From: an uncultured delta proteobacterium
GTDB taxonomy: Bacteria; Myxococcota; Myxococcia; Myxococcales; Myxococcaceae
DNA length: 64,000 nt
Direction: 5' to 3'
Assembly: GCA_963771175.1 (NCBI GenBank)
Contig: CAVYSY010000040.1
Span: 288,001-352,000 of the forward strand
The position numbers were made by a program, and so were the translations under genes. Below the pieces are notes generated by a model. That model did no database searches. It had not been told where the DNA came from and worked only from the letters and a program-made list of their open reading frames with translations. Below, piece after piece: positions 52,659 through 64,000 of the stretch. How positions within the stretch are numbered: the stretch's first letter is position 1; the number at the start of each line of letters is the position of its first letter.

Positions 52659-53555
52659 ATGCGATTCCTCGTCACGGGTTCCAATGGACTGGTGGGCAGC
52701 CGCGTGTGCACGCTGCTGGAGCAACGGGGCCACGAGGTGGTGGGGCTCGGCCGGGGTCCGCGGCGCACCGGGGGCATGTACCGCTATGTCTCGTGCGACT
52801 TCACGCGCGAGCAGGACGTGGCTACGGCCATCACGGAAGCGGCGCCGGAGGCCATCGTCAACTGCGCCTCGATGACCGAGGTGGATCTGTGCGAGCGCGA
52901 GCCGGAGCTGGCCTATGCGGCCAACGTCACGGGCGCGGCGGCGGTGGCTCGCGGGGCGAAGGCAGTGGGGGCGCACCTGGTGCACGTGTCCACGGATTAC
53001 GTGTTCGACGGGGAGGCGGGCCCCTATGACGAGCAGTCGCTGCCCAACCCGCGGGGCGTCTACGCGCTCACCAAGCACATGGGAGAGCAGGCCGTGCGCG
53101 TGTTCGCTCCCGGGGCCGCTATCGCGCGCACCGCGGTGGTGTATGGCTGGCCGGCGGCGGGCCGGCTCAACTTCGGCGCGTGGCTGGTGAGCACGCTGTC
53201 CCAGGGACAGCCGGTGAAGCTCTTCGAGGACCAGCTCATCTCTCCGAGCTTCGCGGACAACGTGGCGGAGATGCTGGTGGAGCTGGGCGAGCGCAAGCTG
53301 GGCGGGGTGTGGAACACCTGTGGCGCGGAGGTCGTGGACCGCGTCACCTTCGGCCGCGCGCTGTGCGAGCTGTTCGGGTTCGACCCCAAGCTCATCACCT
53401 CGGTGAAGATGGCCGAGCTGAAGCTGGCCAGTCCACGGCCCTTACGCAGCGGTTTGAAGGTGGACAAGGCGCGGGCGAACCTGCTTGCCCGTCCACTCGG
53501 GCTCCACGAATCGTTGGCCCGGTTCCATGCAGCCTGGAGGGCACGGACGTCATGA
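52659..53555 (+). CDS. rmlD: dTDP-4-dehydrorhamnose reductase
   Basis: [31 protein letters not shown]. Confidence 0.93.
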   Translation: MRFLVTGSNGLVGSRVCTLLEQRGHEVVGLGRGPRRTGGMYRYVSCDFTREQDVATAITEAAPEAIVNCASMTEVDLCEREPELAYAANVTGAAAVARGAKAVGAHLVHVSTDYVFDGEAGPYDEQSLPNPRGVYALTKHMGEQAVRVFAPGAAIARTAVVYGWPAAGRLNFGAWLVSTLSQGQPVKLFEDQLISPSFADNVAEMLVELGERKLGGVWNTCGAEVVDRVTFGRALCELFGFDPKLITSVKMAELKLASPRPLRSGLKVDKARANLLARPLGLHESLARFHAAWRARTS

Positions 53556-54433
53556 AGGGAATCGTGCTGGCAGGTGGTTCGGGTACGCGGCTGTATCCGC
53601 TGACGCGCGTCGTCAGCAAGCAGCTGCTGCCCGTCTACGACAAGCCGATGGTGTATTACCCGCTCACCACGCTGATGCTGGCGGGCATCCGGGACATCCT
53701 CCTCATCTCCACGCCCACGGATCTGCCTCGCTTCGAGGAGCTGCTGGGCAATGGCGAGCAGTGGGGCATGCGCTTCCAGTACGCCGTGCAGCCGCGCCCG
53801 GAGGGGCTCGCGCAGGCCTTCGTCATCGGCCGCGAGTTCGTGGGGAAGGATCGGGTGTCGCTCATCCTCGGCGACAACATCTTCTACGGCCACGGGCTGA
53901 GCGACCTGATGCAGCGGGCCGCGGCGCGCGAGTCGGGCGCCACCGTCTTCGGCTACTACGTGAGGGATCCGGAGCGCTACGGCGTGGTCGAGCTGGACGC
54001 TCGGAACCGGGCCATGAGCATCGAGGAGAAGCCGGCCCAGCCCCGGTCCAACTACGCGGTGACGGGCCTGTACTTCTACGACAACCAGGTGCTGGACATC
54101 GCAGCGGAGCTGAAGCCCTCCAAGCGCGGCGAGCTGGAGATTACCGACGTCAACGCGGAGTACCTGCGACGCGGGCAGCTAGACGTGGAGCTCATGGGCC
54201 GCGGCTACGCGTGGCTGGACACGGGCACCCACGAGTCGCTGATGCAGGCCTCCAGCTTCATCCAGATCATCGAGGAGCGGCAGGGGCTCAAGGTGGCCTG
54301 TCCCGAGGAGATCGCCTGGCGGATGGGCTACATCGACGCGGAGCAGGTGGCGAGGCTCGCCGAGCCCATGCGCAAGAACGAGTACGGGCAGTACCTGCTG
54401 CGGCTCCTGGAGAACAAGGGAGCACGAGGGTGA
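53552..54433 (+). CDS. rmlA: Glucose-1-phosphate thymidylyltransferase
   Basis: [18 protein letters not shown]...[34 protein letters not shown]. Confidence 0.97.
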   Translation: MKGIVLAGGSGTRLYPLTRVVSKQLLPVYDKPMVYYPLTTLMLAGIRDILLISTPTDLPRFEELLGNGEQWGMRFQYAVQPRPEGLAQAFVIGREFVGKDRVSLILGDNIFYGHGLSDLMQRAAARESGATVFGYYVRDPERYGVVELDARNRAMSIEEKPAQPRSNYAVTGLYFYDNQVLDIAAELKPSKRGELEITDVNAEYLRRGQLDVELMGRGYAWLDTGTHESLMQASSFIQIIEERQGLKVACPEEIAWRMGYIDAEQVARLAEPMRKNEYGQYLLRLLENKGARG

Positions 54434-54981
54434 AGGTTCTCGAGACGGAACTGCCGGGCGTCCTCCTCCTCGAGCCCGCGCGCTTTGGTGACGAGCGTGG
54501 CTTCTTCATGGAGCTGTTCCACGCGCGGCGCTATGCGGAGGCGGGCATCCCGGGTCCCTTCGTGCAGGACAACTTCTCGCGCTCGGGGAGGGGCACCCTG
54601 CGGGGGCTGCACTTCCAGGAGCCGAACGCGCAGGGGAAGCTGGTGCAGGTGCTGGCGGGCGCCGTCTATGACGTGGCGGTGGACGTGCGCCGGGGCTCGC
54701 CGACCTTCGGCCGGTGGGTGGGCGTGGAGCTGTCCGCGGACAACCGGCGCCAGTTCTGGGTGCCGCCGGGCTTCGCCCACGGCTTCTGCGTCCTCTCCGA
54801 GCGCGCGGACTTCCTCTACAAGTGCACGGACTTCTACGCGCCCACCTCCGAGCGGAGCATCGCCTGGAATGACCCGGAGCTGGCCATCCCCTGGCCGGTG
54901 TCCACTCCTCTGCTGTCTCCCAAGGACGCCGCGGCGCCGCACCTGAAGGACGCGCCGGTGCTGCCCGTGTTCGCGGGCTAG
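54430..54981 (+). CDS. rmlC: dTDP-4-dehydrorhamnose 3,5-epimerase
   Basis: [46 protein letters not shown]. Confidence 0.96.
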   Translation: MKVLETELPGVLLLEPARFGDERGFFMELFHARRYAEAGIPGPFVQDNFSRSGRGTLRGLHFQEPNAQGKLVQVLAGAVYDVAVDVRRGSPTFGRWVGVELSADNRRQFWVPPGFAHGFCVLSERADFLYKCTDFYAPTSERSIAWNDPELAIPWPVSTPLLSPKDAAAPHLKDAPVLPVFAG

Positions 54982-55012
54982 TCTGGCCGCCGTGCAAGGG
55001 GAGGGAGGGGCG

Positions 55013-56101
55013 ATGTTCTGCTCGCTTCCATTCGTGCCCGTGTTGCTGCTGTCCGCCCTGCTCGCCACGGGCTGTGTCTCGACCTCTGGCGTCCGGAGTG
55101 ACTCCCGGGCCGAGTCCCTGCGCATCCAGACGGACGACGGCTGGGGCCTGGCGATGCGGCGCATCGCTCCCGAGGGGCCGGTACGCGGGCGCCCGGTGCT
55201 GCTCGTGCCTGGGCTGGCATCGGGCGACGTGAGCCTGGTGCTGGAGCCGGAGCACAGCCTGGGCTGGTGGCTGGCGGCCCACGGGCGCGAGGTGTGGACG
55301 GTGGCGCTGCGCGGCACGGGGAACTCGGATCGCACGGACGCGGCCGCGGGGCGCCCGCCGGGCTACGGCTTCGACACGCTCTGGCGGGAGGATCTGCGCG
55401 CGGCCCTGCACACCGTGCGCGCGCGCACCGGGGCGGACGAGGTGGACGTCGTCGCCTACAGCCTGGGAGCGCTGCTCCTCTATGCCTACCTCGCCGAGGA
55501 TGGAGATGGCATCGCGGCGGCGGTGGCCCTGGCCGCGCCCACGCGGATGGACCGGAGCGGGACGTGGTTGAAGGTCCTCGCGAAGGTGGGCGACCGCTGG
55601 GTGTCTCGCGAGGACACGCTCGACATGGGCTTCCTGGCCTCGCTGACGGCCCCGGTGCAGGCGTACCTGCGCGGCAACCCGGTGGAGCGCATCGCCCTCA
55701 ACGCGCGCAACACGCCGCGCGAGCGGTGGCGGCGCTTCGTGGGGTGCGTCTTCGGCGAGCTCTCCGGGGGCGTGGTGAGGGATCTCATCCGCATGCAGCG
55801 AACCGGGCGCTTCACCAACCCGGACGGGAGCCGCGACTACCGGGCGGGCCTCGGGCACGTGCGCGTGCCGGTGCTGGTGATGGCGGGCGAGGGAGACCTG
55901 ATCGCTCCCGTGGACGCGGTGCGGGACGGGTACCTCGCGCTCGGCGGCCCCAAGGCGTGGCGACTGCTGGGCACCAGCGAGGGGCTCGCGGCGGACTATG
56001 GCCACGTGGACGTGCTCATCGGCGAGCGCGCCCCCTACGAGGTGTGGGCGCCGCTGCTCGAGTTCCTGGACCGGGCCGCTGCTGGCCGCGCCGTGCAGTG
56101 A
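55013..56101 (+). CDS. Lipoprotein alpha/beta hydrolase
   Basis: Lipobox LATGC; LLVPGL, AYSLG nucleophile elbow, GEGDLIAP, DYGHVD. Confidence 0.85.
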   Translation: MFCSLPFVPVLLLSALLATGCVSTSGVRSDSRAESLRIQTDDGWGLAMRRIAPEGPVRGRPVLLVPGLASGDVSLVLEPEHSLGWWLAAHGREVWTVALRGTGNSDRTDAAAGRPPGYGFDTLWREDLRAALHTVRARTGADEVDVVAYSLGALLLYAYLAEDGDGIAAAVALAAPTRMDRSGTWLKVLAKVGDRWVSREDTLDMGFLASLTAPVQAYLRGNPVERIALNARNTPRERWRRFVGCVFGELSGGVVRDLIRMQRTGRFTNPDGSRDYRAGLGHVRVPVLVMAGEGDLIAPVDAVRDGYLALGGPKAWRLLGTSEGLAADYGHVDVLIGERAPYEVWAPLLEFLDRAAAGRAVQ

Positions 56102-56200
56102 GCGACGGGGCGCCGCTGCCTCGGGTGCTCCGAGGGTAGACGGGCGAGCACGCTCCCTCCGGAATGCGCATCCTTGGTCTGCCACCTGCAAGGAGGCGTG

Positions 56201-57238
56201 ATGGTTCTCCCAGGCAAGGGGATGAGCTGGAAGGAGTTCTTCACCGAGCTGAAGAACGAGTACAAGAACGACAAGATCAGCAACGTCGCTGGCGCGGTGA
56301 CGTTCTTCGTCGTGCTGGCGCTGTTTCCCTTCCTCCTGTTCCTCGTGGCGCTGGCGGGCCTCATCATCGATCCCGCCCAGGCCGAGGTGCTGATCCAGGA
56401 GTTGGGCCGGGTGGCCCCGGAGGCGGTGACGCAGATCATCGGCCAGCGCCTGCATGACCTGGCGTCGAGCGACAGCGTGGGGCTGCTGACGGTGGGCGCC
56501 GTGGGCGCGGTGTGGGCGGCCTCGGGCGGAGTGGTGGCGGCGATGCATGCGCTCAACACCGTCTATGACGTGGAGGAGTCGCGGCCCTTCTGGAAGGTGC
56601 GCGGCATCGCCCTCCTGGTGACGCTGGGCGGCGCGGTGCTCTCCATCCTCGCCTCGCTGGCCATGGTGGGCATGCCCGCCGTCGCGAAGTGGCTGGGTGA
56701 GCCACTCGGCACCGTGGTGATGTGGTTGCGCCTGCCGGTCGCCGGCCTGCTGATGATGCTGGTGTGGGCGTTCATCTACTACCTGCTGCCCGACGTGAAG
56801 CAGACGTTCAGGTTCATCACGCCCGGCTCGGTGGTGGGCGTCATCATCTGGTTGGTCGCGTCCTGGGGCTTCTCGATGTACGTGCGCAACTTCGGCAAGT
56901 ACGACGCGAACTATGGCGCGCTCGGCGGCGTCATCGTGATGCTGCTGTGGATGTGGATCTCCTCGCAGGTCGTCCTGCTGGGCGCGGAAGTCAACGCCGT
57001 GCTCGAGCACCGCTCGCCCGAGGGCAAGTCACCGGGGCAGAAGCGGCCGGGCCAGGGGGGCCCCGCGATGACCAAGGGCCAGAAGCGGCAGCAGGAGCAG
57101 AAGGAACTGGAAGAGCGCCTGCGTCCCCAGCTTCCGCCCCGGCCCGAGCCGGCCCGGATGACGCCGCTGGGGGCGGCGGCCACCTGGGCCTCGGGCTTCG
57201 GGCTGGGGCTGTTGCTGTTGCGCCGCTCCAACCGCTAG
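56201..57238 (+). CDS. YihY/virulence factor BrkB family membrane protein
   Basis: AGAVTFFVVLALFP, ALNTVYDVEESRPFWK, YGALGGVIVMLLWMW...LLGAEVN; AGGAGG RBS. Confidence 0.92.
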   Translation: MVLPGKGMSWKEFFTELKNEYKNDKISNVAGAVTFFVVLALFPFLLFLVALAGLIIDPAQAEVLIQELGRVAPEAVTQIIGQRLHDLASSDSVGLLTVGAVGAVWAASGGVVAAMHALNTVYDVEESRPFWKVRGIALLVTLGGAVLSILASLAMVGMPAVAKWLGEPLGTVVMWLRLPVAGLLMMLVWAFIYYLLPDVKQTFRFITPGSVVGVIIWLVASWGFSMYVRNFGKYDANYGALGGVIVMLLWMWISSQVVLLGAEVNAVLEHRSPEGKSPGQKRPGQGGPAMTKGQKRQQEQKELEERLRPQLPPRPEPARMTPLGAAATWASGFGLGLLLLRRSNR

Positions 57239-57259
57239 CGGCACGACTCCACCTGCCGC

Positions 57260-58858
57260 CTAACGGCGCTGGGCGGCGTGGTAGGGGTTCTTCTCGAGGA
57301 ACTCGGCGAAGTTGCCGTTGAAGTCGCTGATGGGCTTGCCCTCATCCAGGCTCCAGATGCGGGTGGCCACCTCGGAGATGAGCTCCTGGTCGTGCGTCAC
57401 GACGATGACGGTGCCCTCGTACTTCTGCAGGCCCTCGGCCAGCGCGCTGATGGACTCCAGGTCCAGGTGGTTGGTGGGCTCGTCGAGCACCAGCACGTTG
57501 TCCATGTTGAGCATCAGCTTGCAGAGCAGCAGGCGCACCGTCTCACCACCGGACAGGGTGTCGGTGGGCTTCATCCGCTCCTCGCCCGAGAAGAGCATCC
57601 GGCCCATCACGCCGGAGATCTCCTCGTTGGTGAGCTTGGTGTTGATGTCGCGCAGCCACTCGAAGGCGGTGGTGCCCTTGCGGATGGTGCCGTGGTGGTC
57701 CTGCGGCAGGTAGCCCAGGGAGGCCTGGTGGCCCAGGGTGATCTTCCCCGCGTCCGGCTCGAGCTGCCCGGCGAGCATCTTCACCAGCGTGGACTTGCCC
57801 ACGCCGTTGCGGCCGATGACGCAGATCTTCTCGCCCTTGCACACCAGTCCGGTGAAGGGCTGGACGACCTTCTGGCCGTCGTAGCTCTTGGCGAGGCCCT
57901 CGAACTGCAGCGTCTGCTTGCCGCTGGCCTGCTTCTGGTCGAAGCGGATGAAGGGGCGCGCGATGTTCGAGCGCTTGAGGTCATCGGTCTTCAGCTTGTC
58001 GATCTGCTTGATGCGGCTCTGCACCTGGGAGGCGCGCGTGCCGGCGTGGAAGCGGGCGACGAAGTCCTGGAGCTGGGCGATCTTCTTCTTCTTCTCGGAG
58101 ACCTCGGACTCGACCCGGCTGCGCAGCTGGGACTTCTGCCTCACCATGTCGTCGTAGCCACCGTTGTACTGGATGATGGTCTCGTAATCGATGTCCGCGA
58201 TGTGCGTGCAGATGGAGTTGAGGAAGTGCCGGTCGTGGCTGATGGTGATGAGCACGCCCTCGAACGCCATGAGGAACGTCTCCAGCCAGCGGATGGAGTC
58301 GATGTCCAGGTTGTTGGTGGGCTCGTCGAGCAGCAGGCCCTGGGGCTTGCCGAAGAGCGCCTGGGCGAGCAGCACGCGCAGCTTGAGGCCGCCGGTGAGC
58401 TGCTTCATCGGCCCCTCGTGGGAGGCCGCCGGAATGCCGAGGCCCTCGAGCAGCGCGGCCGCCTCGGACTCGGCGCTGTAGCCGTCCTCCTCGGCGATGA
58501 CCATCTCCAGCTCGCCCAGCCGGTTGCCGTCCTCGTCGGTGATGTCGGGCTTGGCGAGGATGGTGTCCTTCTCCTTCATGGCCTCCCACAGGCCCTTGTT
58601 GCCCATGAGGACGACGTCGAGGACGCGGTCGTCCTCGTAGCGGAAGTGGTCCTGGCGGAGGATGCCCAGCTTCTTGGGGCGGGAGATGGTGCCCATGTCC
58701 GCCTCCTCGTCTCCGGCGAGGATCTTCATGAACGTGGACTTGCCCGCCCCGTTGGGGCCGGTGAGGCCGTAGCGGCGGCCGGGCGAGAAGGCGACGTTGA
58801 CCTCCTCGAAGAGCTTCTTGGGCCCGTAGGCCTTGGAGACGTTGACGATGGTGAACAT
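57260..58858 (-). CDS. ABC-F family ribosome-associated ATPase (YbiT-like)
   Basis: Two ABC domains (GPNGAGKST/LLLDEPTNNLD; GRNGVGKST/LSGGE/VLDEPTNHLD) and no TM segments. Confidence 0.93.
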   Translation of the reverse strand: MFTIVNVSKAYGPKKLFEEVNVAFSPGRRYGLTGPNGAGKSTFMKILAGDEEADMGTISRPKKLGILRQDHFRYEDDRVLDVVLMGNKGLWEAMKEKDTILAKPDITDEDGNRLGELEMVIAEEDGYSAESEAAALLEGLGIPAASHEGPMKQLTGGLKLRVLLAQALFGKPQGLLLDEPTNNLDIDSIRWLETFLMAFEGVLITISHDRHFLNSICTHIADIDYETIIQYNGGYDDMVRQKSQLRSRVESEVSEKKKKIAQLQDFVARFHAGTRASQVQSRIKQIDKLKTDDLKRSNIARPFIRFDQKQASGKQTLQFEGLAKSYDGQKVVQPFTGLVCKGEKICVIGRNGVGKSTLVKMLAGQLEPDAGKITLGHQASLGYLPQDHHGTIRKGTTAFEWLRDINTKLTNEEISGVMGRMLFSGEERMKPTDTLSGGETVRLLLCKLMLNMDNVLVLDEPTNHLDLESISALAEGLQKYEGTVIVVTHDQELISEVATRIWSLDEGKPISDFNGNFAEFLEKNPYHAAQRR

Positions 58859-59116
58859 GGGGGGCGCTTTCTAGCGGAAGGGGTAGGCGGCCGGAAGGCG
58901 CGCGACACGTTGAATTCGCAGGGACCGGCGGTGCGGACCCCTTGTAACCCCTGAAGGCACGAATTCATGCCGCCGAAGGGGCGGAACTCGGCTCCCGGAC
59001 AGGTATCGATGTAGGACACCGACCATCGACCGGGGCCCTGGATGCCCGCCTGGAGGGCTGGGAGAGGCTTGCGCGGCCGATGGGCGAGCCAGCGACAGAG
59101 GGGGCGTTGCGCGAGC

Positions 59117-59547
59117 CTAGGCCAGTGCCAGGGGTTCGGGGGAGATGAGGTCCGTGCCGTTGAAGATCCTTCCGTTCAAGCGGCGCGCCAGTTCCAGCGC
59201 GGCTTTCAGGAAGACATCCTCGGAGAGAACGTCGGAGGTTCCCACGACGCCGACCAACCACTTGGTCTGTGCCACGAAGTCCAAGCAACTCCTTCCTGAC
59301 GGATTCGGGAAGATCCTGGCGCCGCCCGAAGTAGCTGTAGCTACCGAGGATGATCTTGCCGAACGGATCCATCGGTCCGGTGAACTCCAGGGAATTGAAC
59401 GTGAGCGTTCCCTGGGCGCTCGTGAAGCTCGCGGAACTCCACCGCTCAGGTTCGCCCTCCCAGTGCAGCAACCACCCGGGAAGGACATTCCGCACGGACC
59501 TCGACGGCCTGATGAGCAACGACCGGGCTGTAGATGGTGCAACGCAC
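59117..59547 (-). pseudogene. Orphan hypothetical gene (~140 aa) split over three frames
   Basis: GAGGGG RBS then GTG (MRCTIYSPV...). Middle EGEPERWSSASF...KIILGSYSYF...; end LDFVAQTKWLVGVVG...LELARRLNGRIFNG. Visibly lower GC than flanks. Confidence 0.5.
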
Positions 59548-59692
59548 GTTTTCCCCTCTCTTTACTTGGTACGTCCACCGGAGATTTCCCGGCCTCCAGA
59601 ATGGCCCGTTCTGGTCAGGATGCGTGTCCCACTCATCGCTCACCGCGCTCAGGCGGCCTCGGCGGGGATCCGCGTTCGTCTACACTGGGTGC

Positions 59693-60520
59693 GTGCCGCT
59701 CCACTCCGAGCAGAGTCCCCCCTCGGGGGTCCGCGCCAGGCTCCACGAGGTCATCTTCGAGTCGAAGACCCCGGCGGGGAAGGCGTTCGACGTGGCGCTG
59801 CTGTGGGCCATCCTGCTCAGCGTCCTCGCGGTGATGTTGGAGAGCGTGGGCCCCATCCGCGCGAGGTACGGGGCGTTCATCCGCATCACGGAGTGGGTCT
59901 TCACCGCCCTCTTCACCCTGGAGTACGTGCTGCGGCTCATCGCCGTCGGGCGCCCCCTGCTCTACGCGCGGAGCTTCTTCGGCCTGGTGGATCTGCTGGC
60001 CATCCTGCCCTCCTTCGTGAGCCTGCTGCTGCCCGGGACGCAGTCGCTGCTGGTGGTCCGGGTGCTGCGCCTGTTGCGCGTCTTCCGCGTGCTCAAGCTG
60101 GTGAGCTTCCTCGGGCAGGCCGAGATCCTCCTCACCGCCCTGCGCGCGAGCCGGCCGAAGATCACCGTCTTCCTGGGCGCGGTGCTGAGCACGGTCGTCA
60201 TCGCGGGCGCGGTGATGTACATGGTGGAGGGCGAGGAGAGTGGCTTCGACAGCATCCCGCGTGGGATGTACTGGGCCATCGTCACCATGACGACGGTGGG
60301 CTTTGGCGACATCACCCCCAAGACGGTCCCCGGGCAGTTCATCGCGTCGGTGCTGATGATCATGGGCTACGGCGTCATCGCGGTCCCCACGGGCATCGTG
60401 TCGGTGGAGCTCGTGGCGGCCTCCCGGCAGGGCCTCAACCCCGAGGCCTGCCCCGGCTGTGGTGCCGAGGGTCATGACCTGGACGCGGTGTACTGCAAGC
60501 GTTGCGGCACCCACCTCTGA
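59693..60520 (+). CDS. Voltage-gated-type K+ channel (ion transporter) with C-terminal Zn ribbon
   Basis: S4-like VRVLRLLRVFRVLKL, pore TMTTVGFGD, CPGC...YCKRCG. Confidence 0.92.
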   Translation: MPLHSEQSPPSGVRARLHEVIFESKTPAGKAFDVALLWAILLSVLAVMLESVGPIRARYGAFIRITEWVFTALFTLEYVLRLIAVGRPLLYARSFFGLVDLLAILPSFVSLLLPGTQSLLVVRVLRLLRVFRVLKLVSFLGQAEILLTALRASRPKITVFLGAVLSTVVIAGAVMYMVEGEESGFDSIPRGMYWAIVTMTTVGFGDITPKTVPGQFIASVLMIMGYGVIAVPTGIVSVELVAASRQGLNPEACPGCGAEGHDLDAVYCKRCGTHL

Positions 60521-60656
60521 CCCGACTTTCCTGATGAATAAGAGGCTCTCCAGCCCCCAACGGGAGGGGGTCCTACACGGTGGGATGCCGGGCAGGGGGG
60601 CGGCCATGCGGATAGCGGGCATGTCCCGTGCCCGTCGCGGGTATAAGGCGGCGTCA

Positions 60657-61835
<1,179 letters not shown>

Positions 61836-61839
61836 GCGC

Positions 61840-62689
61840 GTGGACTCCCAGAATCCTCGTGATGGCGACTTCGAGCTGGTGACGTTGCGCAACGGCTCGC
61901 GGGCGGTGCGGCACCTCGGACATGGCGAGGTGATGCACCCCGTCGGTGGGCCCGTGGCAGGAGGCGCTGCGTCTCTACGTGGAGCAGCCGCGTCTGGCCG
62001 AGCGCCTGCGCACCCCGGGAGCCCCCCTGGTCATCCACGACGTGGGCCTGGGCGCGGCCACCAACGCGGTGGCGGCGCTCACCTGCGCGCGCGAGCTGGG
62101 CGCCGAGCGCCGGCGGGCACTGGAGCTGGTGAGCTTCGAGGTGGACCTGGCGCCGTTGCGGCTCGCGCTGGCGGACGCGGCGGGCTTCCCCTTCCTGCAA
62201 CCCTTCCGCGAGGCGGCCGAGGCCCTCATGCGCGACGGCGTGTGGGAAGGGGAGGGCGTGCGCTGGAGGCTGCACCTGGGGGATGCGCAGGGGCTGCTCC
62301 GGGCGGAGCTGCCGAAGGCGGACCTGGTGTTCTTCGACCCGTTCTCCCCGGCGTCCAACCCGGAGATGTGGACGACGGCGGTGCTGTCGCGGGTGAGGGA
62401 GTGCTGCCGGGAGGACGAGGAGGGGGCGCTGCTGCTGACGTACAGCGCGGCCACCCCCACGCGAGTCACGCTGCTGCTCGCGGGCTTCTACGTGGGCGCG
62501 GGGTTGTCCACGGGGACGAAGGGGGAGACCACGGTGGCGGCCACTCGCCGCGAGTCCCTGGCCTCACCCCTGGGCGAGCGCTGGCTGGAGCGGTGGCGCC
62601 GCTCCTCGTCCCGCGCTCCCCACGGTGGGTCGCTTACGCCGGAGGTCGAGACGCGGGTGCTTGCCCACCCGCAGTGGTCCGCGCGGTGA
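61840..62689 (+). CDS. MnmC/MnmD-like SAM-dependent methyltransferase; frameshift near 61950
   Basis: DVGLGAATN (motif I), LVSFE, HLGDA, FFDPFSPASNPEMWT, LLTYSAA; starts 4 bp after the tgt stop. Confidence 0.87.
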
Positions 62690-63267
62690 GCCCGGGCGTC
62701 GGCCACGGCCTCGGTCTGCTCGGACCAGCGGACGTGGAAGGTGGCGGACTGGCCGTCGAAGCCCTCGGGGACGACGGCGACCCGCTGACCGCCCGTCAGC
62801 TCCACCACGCGGGCCAGTACCCCGGCCGCGAAGGTCGGCTGCTCCGCCATGATGTCGTTCAGCCACACCTCCATGAAGGTGGGCCCCCGCTCCACGATGC
62901 GCACCTCGCAGCAATTGGTGCTGCTGCGGAAGCCGAGCCGGGCCTGCGCCAGGGCCCTCCGGGGACCCGCCAGCCGGACCATCCCGAGCAGCGCGCGACC
63001 GAAGAGGGTGGAGAAGTAGCCATCGATGAAGCGCTCGCCGAGCGAGTAATACGCGGCCTCGGCGGGCATCCCCGCGTAGACGTGATCCGCCGCGACGCGG
63101 AGGAACTGCCTCCACTGCTCACGCGTGTAGGTGGGAGACAGCTTCTGGTCGAGGTCGAGTCCGGCCTCACGCAGGCGCATGCGGCACGAGGGCGTGAGTC
63201 GGTTCTCGAGTGCCTTGAGGAAGAGCGCCTCGACGGTCCCTGCATAGACGAGCTTTTCGCCGGCCAT
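62690..63267 (-). CDS. DUF2378 family (Myxococcales-restricted) protein; 3' end uncertain, ORF as sequenced runs to 62488
   Basis: VEALF...LREAGLDL..KL.PTY..EQW...LGERFIDGYFSTLFGRAL...GPRRAL...FRSSTN. Confidence 0.8.
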
Positions 63268-63450
63268 AGGGTTGTTGGTATACCCGGTCGGCAGCCCTCC
63301 GCGCTACATGCTCGTCCAGGGCCCATGCACTTGTGCACAACTGGTGAACAAAAATCAGGGATTACAGTGGGGATGAGCAACTCCGGGTGCGGTTCGGGCT
63401 CACGCGGGGAACGCGGAAACTGCTGAAATGTGGGACATGCACCCCAGAGG

Positions 63451-63503
63451 CAGACTCCTTATGGTCTGATAGAAGGACTGAATTCAGACCGATTCAAGGT
63501 CTG
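63451..63503. promoter_or_regulatory. Tandem palindromes, putative antitoxin autoregulatory operators
   Basis: CAGAC-N8-GTCTG (63451-63468) and CAGAC-N9-GTCTG (63485-63503), directly upstream of the GGAGG RBS. Confidence 0.6.
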
Positions 63504-63520
63504 TTCACGGAGGTGTACCG

Positions 63521-63814
63521 ATGCGCTCCCTGCGAGTGTCCGAAGACATTGTTCCAGTCAGCGACTTCAAGGCCCAGGCGTCCGAGTGGCTTCGGCGCAT
63601 CGGGGAGTCCGGACAGCCACTCGTCATCACCCAGAATGGCAAGCCAGCGGGTGTCCTTCTCTCTCCCCGGTCGTTCGATAGCCTGATGGAACGCGCTCGT
63701 TTCCTGGCGGCCGTCGAGGAGGGGCTCGCGGATGCGGAGGCCGGACGGGTTCACTCACATGAGGCCGTCGTGGCCGAGATGAAGGCGCGTTTCCAGAAGC
63801 GCGCGCCGAAGTGA
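63521..63814 (+). CDS. Phd/YefM family antitoxin
   Basis: IVPVSDFKAQASEWLRRI...PLVITQNGKPAGVLLS...EEGLADAEAGRV..HEAV. Confidence 0.92.
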   Translation: MRSLRVSEDIVPVSDFKAQASEWLRRIGESGQPLVITQNGKPAGVLLSPRSFDSLMERARFLAAVEEGLADAEAGRVHSHEAVVAEMKARFQKRAPK

Positions 63815-64000
63815 GCCACCGGAAGTCAGGACGACGATTGAGCGAACCGGAATGGGAGGCGGTGACCCTTCGTTGCCCTCTGATGGTTCTGGACGCCGCC
63901 GTGAACTTTTCCCGGATGGCCACCCGGCCTACCGCCTAGAGTCCTCACCGTGATGGAAATGACCGATACCCGCGCGCCCCTGGCGGCGCTTCTGCCCGAC

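Noticed and set aside
62488..62689. 200-bp convergent overlap between DUF2378 and the methyltransferase
   Set aside because: The extension is beyond the family-like region and probably reflects a lost stop from an indel.
63953..64000. Possible gene start ATGGAAATGACC at the window end
   Set aside because: Too short to support a call.

Overview
High-GC myxobacterial chromosomal DNA (Myxococcales-like; inferred from gene content and from gene order as I recall it for the Myxococcus xanthus kil-xseAB-sgmT-bacNOP-padC-wzm/wzt region). In order: the 3' end of a Tad/Kil-type pilus cluster (TadB, TadC, two FHA membrane proteins); xseA, xseB, a single-domain receiver, ispA, dxs and tlyA; three envelope genes; sgmT, a TPR protein, an agmH-like lysophospholipase, bactofilins bacNOP, padC and pyrE; LOG, rhomboid and nadB; a lytic transglycosylase, TPR-AIM24, pgsA and two identical tRNA-Gly(GCC); a ~24 kb ABC-transporter-dependent O-antigen/surface glycan locus ending in rmlBDAC; and an accessory tail (lipoprotein hydrolase, YihY, ABC-F, degraded orphan gene, K+ channel, divergent tgt plus MnmC-like methyltransferase, DUF2378, orphan Phd antitoxin). 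Many genes, including housekeeping ones, carry single-base frameshifts that are most likely sequencing/assembly errors, so many CDS coordinates are reconstructions across frames. Best leads: (1) a divergent TGT coupled to an MnmC-type aminomethyl methyltransferase, a possible methyl-preQ1 modification system; (2) an unnamed SHR...K...QxxFN module present five times across three genes of the glycan locus; (3) exonuclease VII subunits carrying a beta-clamp-like motif (QGDLF) and an SSB-tail-like C-terminus (EDDVPF); (4) a DUF2304-GT2 fusion/GT-C/flippase/deacetylase/GNAT tailoring cassette. All family calls are from motif recognition; no searches were run.
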